From Euprymna scolopes (lineage: Eukaryota), in NCBI GenBank assembly GCA_053919585.1, contig CM132785.1: a stretch of 64,000 nt of DNA; one strand, given 5' to 3'. Of the stretch, positions 12,396-24,635 are shown piece after piece. Below the pieces are notes generated by a model. It saw nothing but the letters and a program-made list of their open reading frames with translations. It had not been told where the DNA came from and did no database searches. The position numbers and the translations under genes were made by a program. How positions within the stretch are numbered: position 1 is the first letter of the stretch; every line of letters begins with the position of its first letter.

Positions 12396-15300
12396 CTTTT
12401 TTTTTTTTTTACACAGTGATCATCACTTATCAAGGCCCGGAAGCCACTCAGGGATAAGGGTTATTGCAAGTACATTACGTTAGTGTGGAGATTTGATGAA
12501 GTGTTTACTTAAGGGGGCGGTTCATTAGGAATCTGTTAACATTAGACTTGAAGACATCCAAGTTGTAGTCCGGAGGGAAGCAGGCAGACGGAACAGAGTT
12601 CCACAGGCGTGCAGTTCGAAGAAAGAAGCTTTGTTCATGGAATCCGCGTTTTGATTTAGGCACAGATATAGAGTGGGGGAAATTTTTCACAGTGGATTCA
12701 GCTAGACGGGTGTTTTTCGTGAAAGATTGGCGAGGGGCGACCAGGGATTGGAGTTCAGACGAGCACCTGCCATGAAAATAACGATAAAACAAGGATAGGC
12801 TCGCAATGTCTCTTCTGTGGAAGAGGGGTTGCAGGGTAGAGAAAAGAGCATCCCCCACTAAACCACGAAGTCTATTTTGTACTCTGTCAACGCATGATAG
12901 GCTGTTTTTGGCAGCTCCTGCCCAGATATGACAACAGTATTCAATCCTTGGACGTACTTGGCTTTTATATAGATAGAGAATTGCATCAGTAGTGAGATAT
13001 CTTCTGGAGCGGTAGAAGGATCCCACCATCTTTCCAGCGACCTTGGCAACAGACTTGATGTACGTGTTCCATTTCAGATCAGGAGTAAAGGTCAAACCCC
13101 GAAGTTGTCAAAACACGGGGCCTCACCCAGACGATAGCCATCCATCACAATTGATGCCAGATGGGGATCAGAGCGTTCATGATGTACGGATAGGAGTTTG
13201 GTTTTGGATGCATTAAAGGTAACTAGCCACATCTTCCCCCACTGAACCACGCGCTCGAGATCAGAGGAGAGAGAATCAGAGAGAACTTTGTCATTTACAG
13301 CCTTTGATGTGTTGCCGTAGATGGTAGTGTCATCAGCATAGATGTCAACGAATGATTTAAGTATGTGTTTAGGGAGGTCATTGATGTAGATCAGGAAGAG
13401 AGTTGGGCCCAGGATTGACCCCTAAGGGACTCCAACATTTATATAGCAGGCCTCCGATTTTTGTCCATCTACCACTACTCTTATGAGCCTATCGCAGAGA
13501 AATGATTTAATGATTGAGAAAACATTTCCAGTTATACCGTAGCTGGAAATCTTGTGAAGTAGACCCTTATGCGATACCTTGTCGAAGGCCTTTGATATGT
13601 CAAGAGCAAGTGTCCTAGAAAGGAAGCCTTTGTCAAGAGATTCACTAATCCTGTGGGATATAACTGTCAGCACACCTGCGGTAGATCTTGCAGAGCGGAA
13701 ACCATATTGTGTGTCACTAAGAAAGTTATTCCTGCTGAGGTGGTTGACTATTTCTCTATTTAATATTGATTCCAGCAACTTACTCATAACACACAGGAGA
13801 CTTATTGGTCTGTACTGAGAGGGAGATAACTTATCACCTGAATTCTTAAATACAGGGAAAACTGATGAGGTCTTCCAGGGGGTCGGAAAGCACTTCTCCT
13901 AAAGGCAGCGCTTAAATAGTTTCGTAAGTATGGGAGCAAGTTCTGGTTGAGGCTTTTTTAACACTATAATTGGGATGCCATCAGGGCCAGTTGCTTTACT
14001 GGAATCTAGGTTTTTTATTAGCTTGGCGACCTCATGCACGGATATTTGTATGTTACCTAGCTTGTTCTGTGTTATAGGAGGAAATATGGAGAGTTGATGG
14101 CCTTCGTCGCATAGGGTAGAATTAGCTGCAAAGTTCTTTGCAATAGTTTGGCCTTGTCTGACGCTGACGAGATGACCTCTGGTCCATTGATAATGGTTGG
14201 GATAGAACGCACACTTCTGTTCAGGATCCTATTTGTTATTTGCCAAAACTGGTGGGAACCAAGCTGCTGATCAGCTACCTTGGATTTAACAGACTGGGCA
14301 TATAGCTCTCTTGCATTTTTATTTCTCTTTTACAGTGGTTGCTGGCAGTCCTGAAAGCAGCTTTAGTCTCAGTACATCTATTACGTTGGTAGCTATGGAA
14401 AAAGTAATTTCTGTGCGCGATAGCAGCAGCACATTCTGGGGAGAACCATGGCTGGCTGTTAGGTTTTTGTTGGAATTTCTTAGATGGTATGAATTGGTCT
14501 ATGCCTACAATTAACCATTCGGCCAGATCTGATACTATAGAGGACACTTCCTTTTTAAACATGGAGTGCAGAGGTAAATCAGATATGAATGTACGGAAGC
14601 TATCCCAGTCAGCCATAGAGTATCGGTATACAGTACGGTGGAGGGGTACGTCTAGAGGGTTCTTACATTTCGTTTTTATCTTAACTGATACGACGGAGTG
14701 GTCGGAGGATCCTAGAGAAGAATGAACGGTACATGAACATAGCTCAGGGGAAGTTGAGAGAAAAAGGTCTAAGAGGCTTGCATATTGATTGGGTGTATCG
14801 GGCACACGAGTGGGTTCGCGACTAATCTGAATGAGGTCATAAGCAATGGCAAAATCATGACAAAACCTCCCCTCATCATCTGTCTTATTTGAATGGGTCA
14901 GCCATTCCACGTTATGGACGTTGAAGTCACCACAGATGTGGATGTTAGCCGAGGGATGTGAAGACAGTGTGTGGTCTATTTTCTCAGATATGCTCTTAAA
15001 GATAGTAACTCCGCTGTTGTGGGGCCTATAGAGGGCAAATATAAATGCAGTGGTGTTAGCAAGTGCAACCCTGAAGCACATATAGGGTAAATTAGGATCT
15101 TCTCTAGAGATATCCCTGCCACATGGCAAGCCATCCTTAATGTAGGCACATATTCCATGCCCATGGCGATCTTGGGGGTCAGATTTAGCTGTTAAATTGG
15201 AGTATCCATTAATTATGAACTCATCTAGGGAAGTGGTCGGCCCTATTCCAGTTTCACTTAGAAATAATATGTCCGGTTTCGTCTCCTGTAATTGGGTTTC

Positions 15301-15962
15301 AACCTCTGGAAGGTTGGAACGTAGACCCCTGATGTTGGAGAAGGAGACCTGGTAGTAGGGGTCTACGCTGGAAGATGGTATTCTAGGTTTAATCGAGTTT
15401 TTATTCTGGAGATATTTCATGTTGAGGTTTTGTGGATTTGTGGAATAGGTCGGCATACTTGGTTATAGCAATACAGAGAGGGAAAGTAAGAGAGAAAAAG
15501 ACAGGAATTTTTTTTATTTGTAGCACACGAAAAGGTAAAGCCGTAACAATTACCTACTAGTATGGCATCGAGAGGTCCCACCAGAGACTACTGCATGGTC
15601 CAGATCCACTCACCAAATGGCAATACAGCAGTCCCAGTACTTTGCGCCTGCTGATAGGACAGCCTCCTTAGTGGTTAATCCAAGGTTCGGGTCCCTGACT
15701 ATCAGGCGGATAACGTCAGCCCAGACAAAACGTTTACCTCCAGCACCCTTACTAGTGACATGGCCACAAGGACAGACAGAGACAGAAAAATTTCCGACAT
15801 CTCAGACTACTGGTCACCAAGTAGTACCGACCTTTAAGCAGCTTTTTCTTCACCCTTTGTCAGAAAAATCACTCATTGAATGAGGACTGAATGACAAAAT
15901 AGGAGAAGCGAGAGTTACTGGAGCTGCCGATAACACATCCACTGTATTATCTACTCTCCATT
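12396..15962 (-). mobile_element. Full-length CR1-group (Zenon-like) LINE, family A; single APE-RT ORF, disrupted
   Basis: APE motifs SNIRGL, SETG, GDFN, LDLF, SDH (ORF 14275-15456); RT motifs QYGFR, LDISKAFD, GVP, YADD (13329-13340); C-terminal EYCCHIWAGA; 3' poly(A); ~540-nt 5' UTR with no ORF1. Confidence 0.93.
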
Positions 15963-17549
15963 ATGCTGTCAGTAAAATTCTGCGAGAAGTTTTCCTATAC
16001 TTCCGAGATCATAATATCTGAGATTCACAAATGGACACCATTTCTTTACTTTTTTTTGATCGAGTTAAAAAAAAATTTCCACCATGCTGACGTCTTGAGT
16101 GTTTGTTTGTCTTTTTCATATAATAAAGCGAAACTGTTTGAATGCAAACAACAGAAAGCAGGAAGCTTACTGGTCCCGGCTTGGCCATTGGGCTAGGATC
16201 AAACTGTAGTATCTTTTTTCATGAATTTCAAACGTTAACTATTAAATATACCTACCAACTTTATTTCGATTATTTTTAATTATATTTGCACGGCTTTTTC
16301 CTTTTATGAATATTTTTTTAATATCTGAAACCTTGTATATTCTAGAATTGCATTTAATCACGTTTGAGTTCTATACTAATGAGTATTTACTAATTATTAT
16401 AATACTTATTTACAAAAACGAAAATACTTCTTAAAGAAAATAGATTGAATGTCTCTGAAAATGCTAGATTAGGATTTGAACCTATGGTTGTGATAAATAG
16501 CGTTCCATTACTAAATACAAATGTGAAATAAATATTTGTTTACATTCGACTTTGAGAGATCATTCTTTTTATTCAGCTGGGAAACAATCCCGTAATATGT
16601 TCTACGGATTGCATGTCCATCGAAAATCTGTCTGGTCATATGAACACAGATAAATAAAGAAAATATTTTCGGTTACAGCAACAAAAAAAAAATAGATAAG
16701 ATCTTGCGTTAAATATTTTTTTTTGGGGGGGGGGAGAACAACGTTAATCTAAATCGAGTGAAATGCAATACCAATAATGAATGAACACTGAAAAACTATA
16801 AAACACTTTTTTCTGACGAAAGGGGATGTAGAGTGAAGGGAAGAAATCATCCAACTTACAAAGCAAAGAAAAGTTTTCTAATTTTAGGGAATTGTTTATG
16901 GTAGAACCTATTTGATGTTAATACAGGTTGCATTAATTAGAATTTCTCTTGTTTGTCAGGCTTAATTTTGAGACCACATAAACATCGATAAACTCGTAAA
17001 GTGAATGGTATCATAATAATAATATTTGCCCTGGTTTTCGCTTGTCATTTTCTCTTCATCATCATCCTTCTTCTCTCTTCCTGCCTCATTTCTTATCAGT
17101 TCGGTTTACGCGAATTTTTTTTTATTCGAATTCAATTATTAAATTATCAGCTAAACTTATGCGAAAGAAATCCATTTACGTTCCGCAAAAAAAGTTGATC
17201 TCATTTTTTGAAAAGTTTTCATGGAAGTATTGAAAGAAATAATAGAACCTTTTTTCAAATGTAGTTTAAACGATGAGAATTCTGTGAACCGTTTTCAAAG
17301 TGTGTGTACAGGCAAAACATCTAGCAATCCTACAATACGAAATGAACAGTATAGGAACCGTATTAGTTTTGAAGAGTTTCCTATCGAACACTCATTTTAT
17401 TAAGAAACTGGTAAATACTTATGTACCTCCTTATAAATATTTGCGCGATATTTAAAATATACTTTTATGTAATTAATTTTTTTAAAACATAAATGAATTT
17501 AGATATATTTGATTTCTGCTGCATAAAACGGTTTTGCTTTGTTAAGTGC

Positions 17550-17614
<65 letters not shown>

Positions 17615-17674
17615 GGTAAGTAGATGGGTGCGTGTAGTCATCAACAGACTGATTAGATCGCTGTATCATATATC

Positions 17675-17751
<77 letters not shown>

Positions 17752-18087
17752 AGGAGGACCCATTTACCGGCGTTGTCCGGTGGAAGCATGCAAACACCTC
17801 TCGTAAAAAAATTAAACTAAAGTTGTTGTTGGTGCCGTTTATGAATAATTGTGGTCACTGGAAGCAGTGCGCAAATGAAATAATCTGGTTTTCACTGGCA
17901 ATTAGTGCTGGTTTTGGCCGATAACCTGCAGATGCTGTTTGATTCCTAAAAATAACAATTAAGGGGCTGCGTAAAACAGTACAAATCAATAAAATTACGA
18001 ACAATTGTCCATTAGAATAATAAAAAAAAGTAAAAAAAAGTTTTCGAAGTTAGGGATTCTCACTGTATAAGGACTGTATAGAGTGAT

Positions 18088-19809
18088 GTAATGCTTTGGC
18101 GAAATCTACAAAGATCATGACTTAATGTTTTGGCTTTGACTCTTTCAATTAGTCTCCTAACAGTAAGTATTTGACTTGTAGTGGAGCGATTCTTTCTAAA
18201 TCCATTTTGGTTCTTCGTGAGCACTTCTTCGAAATTTGGTTGGATACGGTTGAGAAGCATGGCATTGTAGATTTTAGCTGCAATTGTAGTTGCTGGGTAT
18301 GCTTAGGTCACCCTTCTTGGGGAAAGAAAGTATGCATCCTTCCCTCCATATATGAATAACTTTTTGTTTATATAGAGAATTTCATGAATTAAGAAGGATG
18401 TCATTGAAACCACCTGTCTTCCATGCTTTAGGAGGTATGTTATCTAAACTTGCAGCGTTACGATTCTTGATCTTCTTTATAAAGTTAGAAGTTCCTCCAT
18501 TGTAAAATCACCTTTCTCAATATCGAGTTCCTGTACAACAATCGGATGAATCGGTTGGTCTGTCACTTCTGGTTTGTTTCCGAGTAGCTTTTCAAAATGT
18601 GGTTTTACCTCGAACATGCATTTTTCGGAGTGTTTGCCTTTAACTTAGCTCTGACAGGTCGTTTACGCCAAGATATCTCATTTAATACTTGCCCAGCCAG
18701 ATATGATTGTTTGTCATATGTTGCATTCTGGATTCGACTCCGTACATAGATGAAAAATGATCAGCATGTTAAAAGCATATGACATCCCAAATGAATCCAT
18801 TAATGCTATCATGATGCTATATGAGCACACTCGAGCAATATTCATGTTGCCAGATGGAGACACTGAATTTTTCGACATCCGCACTGAGGTTCTACAAGGA
18901 GATACTCTTGCCCCTTTTCTTTTCATTGTCTGTCTTGACTTTGTACTTCGCACCTCTGTTGATATACACAACACGCTAGGCTTCAGTCTAAATGAATCCA
19001 GAAACAGATGTCATCAATCAGCACACATAACTGATGCAGACTAGGCAGACAATATTGCTTTGTTCGCGAACAACCTGCTGATGCGCAAACACTGTTACGT
19101 AAGCGAGAAAAGCCTGCAAATTACATTAGTCTCCACATTAATGCGGATGAGACAAAGTTTATGACTTTCAATGTTAAAAGAGAGATCAGAGCTTTGGTTG
19201 GATCAACACTAAAAGAAGTCGCTCAGTTTACTTATCTGGGCAGCAACATACTTTCCACAGAGAGAGTTATCGGAATTCGCATCTAAAAAGCATGGACCGC
19301 ATTGTATGAGCTACATTCAGTATGGACTTCGGGACTGGCTGACAAACTGAAAACGCAGTTCTTCATGGTAGTGGTAGAGTCTGTCCTTGTTTACGGTGCA
19401 ACAACCTGGACACTCACCAAAAGATTGGAAACAAAACTAGACGGCACATACACCCGTATGCTACGAACAGTATTATATATATCTTGGTAAAATCATATGT
19501 TTATGGCAACCTACCTGCCATGTCTAATACTATTCGAGAAAGACGCCTACTATTTGCTGGTCAAGCATAAATTGGTGAGTGATGTATTGCTATGGACTCC
19601 ACGACACGGACGTGCAAGCAGAGGACGACCTAGATCCACGTAGATCCAGCAAATATCACATGACGCCAACATTGAACCTGAAGATCTGAGGCAGCTGATG
19701 GAAAACAGGAAACTCTGGAAAGGAAGAGTCACATTAGTCCGGGCAATGGGCCCGTCATGATGATGATGATGATGATGGTGATGATGATGGTGATGATGAT
19801 GATGATGAT
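18088..19809 (+). mobile_element. RTE-clade LINE, 5'-truncated with 5' inversion, (TGA)n tail and TSD TATAGAGTGAT
   Basis: RT motifs NQNGFR and FVDFAKA on the minus strand (18090-18730); FDSVHR, LQGDTLAPFLF and ESVLVYG on the plus strand. TSD at 18077-18087 and 19810-19820. Confidence 0.9.
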
Positions 19810-20151
19810 TATAGAGTGATCGAAATCAGTGGTAGCAGTCCTAGCTGTTTTCGTTTGTTGTTTAAGTCTTCTTCTTCTTTTCAAATCTTCAATTTATAGC
19901 ATTAAATTAAATTCCAGTTTTACATCCTATATTTTAATGTGTAAAACAAAACTATTACGTCTTTTTCACTTCTTTTTGTAATGACATGTTAAGAACCTTT
20001 TTCGGAATAAAATATCACAATTTCCTCAATAATTAATAATAGCTTTCGGTGTAGACATCCCATTATTCGGTGGCTGCGAAAAAATATTTGTCCCAAATTT
20101 AACCGTGATATTCGTTGTCTTCATAACAACCCGCAAATGCTACAATTTTGA

Positions 20152-20428
20152 TGGTTGGTTGGTTGTTTTTGTTTTACGGCATATCAACCTCTTTTCAGGT
20201 GATGTAATGCCGAATCTAAAGATTTTGAAGAAAACATTTTTTATAGAATATATTTGTTGTTTTCAAGTCGGTTTCTATTTAACTCACAGTTGGGACCCTA
20301 ACAGGTACTACCACTCCGAGTCAGAGTGGACCTGCAAGCAATGGCAATTAAAGGGTGGCTCCACACTCCTCAAAGCCCTCAAGCTGGGGCCTCACCTCTG
20401 GATATAGTTCAAGGTCATATCCAGGACC
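20152..20428 (-). mobile_element. SINE-like retroposon family S (other copies: 62132-62403 plus; tail-only ~63294-63353)
   Basis: Clear homology between the two ~275-bp copies; 3' tail GGTTGATATGCCGTAAAAC followed by (AACC)n. Confidence 0.8.
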
Positions 20429-21369
20429 GGTCGTTAGGAGAGAAGTAGATATGTTTATTGATCGCGCGTACAAACCTGGTGGTCAGTGCATTACAATGCA
20501 TAATACTTGTGTGTATATCTGGAAAACTACTTAAAACTGCAAAGCTTAAATGGGATTTTCTTAATCAGCATTGTCAGAAACTTATATAAGTCGTCATTTT
20601 AAAGACAATTGTTGACGGGGGCCTAATGTAAAAATGACTCCCAGAAAAAAAGAAAGAAACACATATGTACAGTCGCGATAATCAGTCCGGAAAAGATAAT
20701 TAAATAAAATACTCCACAGAAAGCACATTTGGTAAAACACAAGTATAAAATAAATAAGTGGATCAGCGGTCTTACTTATTGCACGCCCCTTGTATCGTTA
20801 ACAATTAAGGTACCAGTATTTACTTGCTTGTTTATGATCAGTTAATATGTGTGTATTTAGATTTTTTTATCATTGTTATCTCCTGTAGAGAGCGACGCCT
20901 TATTATAAAGTTTGAAGTGTTCGTTTATGTAGGAAATATTTACATTCCGGATTATAGGAATGTTTAGTTGTCAGCCAATTGGAATATATGGAATATGTCA
21001 AAGAAAGCCCTCATTATTTATGATTAGGAGATCGGAAAGATTATGTTAAAGTCTATGTGTCGCCCTTATTATAACTTCCAAAGTCACTGGTAATTCCTTG
21101 ATCGTATTACACAGTATTTGTGTATAGTTCTTTTCATTTTGTAGTGACGCTATTACTGTCTCTTCTAGCGGTTCCCTTGATTGTGGGATAAATCGCGACA
21201 ATCCGTTTGTGTTAATTAACTTGGCAGATGTAAGAAATTCAGTAGACTGTTATTTGTTTTTGTTTTGCCATACGTTTCGAATGAATTCATTTACGAAAAT
21301 GCATCATTACCTTAATGCGAGTTGGTAATAAATTTCCCTTTAACCAACTTGGTACCCCATATGGGAAGA

Positions 21370-21735
21370 CTTCAGACTTCTTACCATGGGGTCTCGATTT
21401 CGAATCTCGCTAGATTCAGCCAGCCTGATGAGTCATAAATGACGAAACACGTGACAGTGGGTGATTATATTTCAAAACCATATATATGCCGCTCCCCATA
21501 TGCACTTTCGTAAATAATTGAATTCATTAAAAACTTATCGCAAAACAAAAACAAATAACATCTACGTAAATCTCGATATACATGAACAGTCGTGCGAGGT
21601 GGCTGAGTTGTAAAAGTTCAGGCTTCTTACCATGGGGACCCGATTTCGAATCCCGCTAGATTCAGACACTCTGATAAGTTGTAGACGACGAAACATGTGT
21701 CAATGGATACTTACATTTTAAAAACTATATATGAT
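21370..21735 (+). mobile_element. Two tandem tRNA-derived head + hammerhead ribozyme units, 246 bp apart
   Basis: A-box-like TGGCTGAGTTG at 21600-21610 and B-box-like TTCGAATCC near 21645. HHR cores: CTGATGA 21425 with GAAA 21444; CTGATAA 21671 with GAAA 21690. Confidence 0.72.
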
Positions 21736-21869
21736 TAGTTTTTTTTTTGGGGGGGGGGGAAAGAATCCAGCAGAGTGCTTAATTAAAAGAAAAATCCGAA
21801 TCTAAGAGCGTATTTATATTTTGTGTGCAGAAAGTTGTTAGATGAGACAAGTCATTGGTACCGTCGGTT

Positions 21870-24635
21870 TCAAGCCCGATGATTAGGATCGCTTTAGATA
21901 TCCTTATCAAGCGCTCTTTAGCCAATATTCGTCTATTTTATAACCTGAAGTGTGAAATATATATACCTCGAGAGTTCACATTTACTCTCGTTTTGTTAAA
22001 TCCCCCCCGTATTTTTATCGGATGATGATGATTTTATTAACTTTAAAATTTGAATCGTTTAATTATATCGAATTACATTTTAAAATTTCGAAAATACGTT
22101 TAAAGTTTGTTTTTCTTTAATCCAAATCTTTCGTTTAATTATATCGAATAACGTTTTAAAATATCGAAATACGTTCGAAATACGTTTAAAAATCTCTTTA
22201 AAAACTTCCAAATCTTTCACGGTTTTTGGGAATTGAGTATTTATCTAGCACTAGCGGAGGTACCCAGCGTTACCCGGGTGTTTGAAGGTGTGTATGTGTT
22301 AAAAAGAGGTGTAAAAGAAACAAGAAAGTTTTGATCGGGTGGTCGGATTGAACCCCGAAGCCTTGACGCGAAGGTGGAAACAAAAGGGAAAATATCGCGT
22401 CACCTAACCATCTGGACCACGGCGAAGAGGAACTCTTAAGAGCGTTATATGAATGCTTATGAAGCGAAATAAACAGGTGCGAGGAAGTTTGACCTAGTTT
22501 TGTAAGCCAAATCATTCGCGGACATACACAAGAAGAAGCTAGCGAACACACACACACACTTTCGCTTTTATATGTATAGATGCCTCCCTGGTTTAGCTAA
22601 TATACGACGGGAGTAAATTTTCTGTAAATGAAAACAGCGGACTTAAACAAAATAAACCGGTAATGATTTATGTTGAATTTGTTCTGTTAGTGTTTAGTCT
22701 AGCGAAGAAATGAAACTTTATTTGCCTCCCCACTGGCAAGCAAAAGGACCCAAATATGTTTAATGTTATTCTTATCTGCGTGTTTTATGCGCGTAAATTT
22801 GAAAGAATTAATAGCAAAAACTGGGTGCAAAAATGTAAGAAGAGTGGTAAAAAAATCGTTTGTATGTGTTTAGGGCCCAAGAAAAAGGGGGAAAAGGAAA
22901 AAAATGAAGGTAGTCCTGCATAATTGGACCCGAATTCGCATGAATTCCTGTCAAGCATTGATCGTGCGACACCGGCAATCATCGGTGTCAGCCGCAGACT
23001 ACCGGAAAAACAAACAAACAAACAAAACGAACTGGAAAAAATACAAATAGGGGGAGGAAAAACCCAAGAAACGCTCCGTGTAAAATGCAAAAATGTTTAT
23101 GGCATTTTATTAATTTTTTTTTTATTTATTGTTGGTTTGTTTTCTGCAATAAACTCCAATGAACAAAACAAACTGAAAAAATACAAATGGAAAAACCCCC
23201 AGAAAACTGACCGTGTATAATATAAATATGTTTAATATATTATATTCTTTTTTAATGTTGGTTTGTTTGCTGCAAAAAAATAGTTTTTAACCGTATAATT
23301 GTTAGGTGTAAGTACAACGGTTTGATTTGCGTTTACTTTTGTTTACTTTTTGTATTGTTTTCTTTGTGGTCGCTTTTACCAATTGGAATGTCGTCTGATT
23401 CCATATCAATAGCGTAGTAGTAATTGGGCTAATGACACTCCCAGAAATCCAATGTATAGAAATAAAAAAATGAATAAGTAAGTAATCGGAATATAAGAAG
23501 TCAGCTCTCCTCCCTACTATCACTGCAAACATAATAGAAGAAAAAATGCACCAAATAAAAACGAAAAGGGCGGGGGGGTAAAATAAAAAGAAATATAAAA
23601 AATGGTATAAGTAACCCATATAATAGATGTAATCCAAAAGTTGCGTTTAACCTGACGGTAAAATGCCAATCCATTTTTTGTAATCTGCTAAGAACTCAAA
23701 CCGGTGTTTCCTCGTAAATTTCACTGTGGACGTATCCGCAACGGTGTTAAGTGGTTGGGGGGGAGTATGAATCTAATAGAGAGAAAACATTTTACCACTT
23801 CCATTGATTGTAACAGATTTTGGCCGTGAACTATCAGCAGAAAAATATAGGGATCTAAGATTATCGAAGAAGGGGATAGGTAATAGGCCTATAACACACG
23901 AGAGATATTGTGCTGCAGTCTGTGCATAATACATTCGCATGAAATTTATTGATTTTAAATCCTATTAAGGTCAAACTCAGAGGGGAAAATGAGTTCGTTT
24001 TATTTATATAGAAGATAAAGGATCTCCCTAGTATATTAACATTATAAAATGTTTAGATGTGAGGAGTGAATCTTTTAAAAATTGCATACACAGAAAGAAG
24101 GCGCTCCTAGTAAACTGGCTCAATGAAAAGGACAAAACTTAGATTTTGTTTATATATATATATATATATATACATGTAATATGAAAAAAAGGAAACTTGG
24201 TTTTAGTCGGTAAAGTTGGATTTTAATCGTAATTGTATTATAGATTTTAAATTAATGTATTATACATAAATTTTTAAAAAATCATACTTTATAAATGTAA
24301 TTTACAATCTGTATCGAATTAAAAACTATAGGAAAATATAATAGTGTTAATATACTAGGAGAATCCTTTAGGCTAGATAAATACTCACTTCCCCCAAACC
24401 TTGAATGATTTGGAATTTCTTAAAGAGATTTTTTAAACGTATTTCGAAATTTTTAAACGTTATTCTATATAATTAAACCTTCATCACTGACCGATACAAT
24501 TAGGAACCGATATTTGTTGCAGGTTAAATTCTAGCTTCCTATAAAATACAAGTATTCAGATTTATTCAACTTTGAAAACAATGCATAATTCCTGCTCATA
24601 AGGAATATTAAATTGATTTATCGCCATGGGCTACA
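21870..24635. mobile_element. Large non-autonomous element with long imperfect TIRs, containing nested insertions
   Basis: ~22135-22249 is the reverse complement of ~24372-24478, with weaker similarity extending outward. A nested IR element lies at ~24016-24370. Confidence 0.55.
22251..22580 (-). mobile_element. Non-autonomous Helitron, family H2
   Basis: Minus strand: A|TCTATACATATAAAAGCG..(GT)n ... CCCGGGTAACGCTGGGTACCTCCG-CTAG|T. TC start, 3' hairpin, CTAG end, A|T insertion site. Confidence 0.85.

Noticed and set aside
13579-14725. Plus-strand ORFs overlapping the LINEs (also 26818, 27502, 27806, 33519, 34386)
   Set aside because: They are antisense shadows of the RT/APE reading frame.
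15617-15883. ORFs within the LINE 5' UTR (also 28867-29227) as an ORF1
   Set aside because: They are short and are not preserved in frame between the two copies (indels); the conservation pattern fits RNA structure better.
15895-15962. HDV-like ribozyme at the LINE 5' end
   Set aside because: A P1-like pairing exists, but I could not place P1.1 GG, P3/L3 or the J4/2 catalytic C.
21594-21663. Functional tRNA gene
   Set aside because: Acceptor and anticodon stems are poor, the B-box deviates, and it is fused to a repeat.
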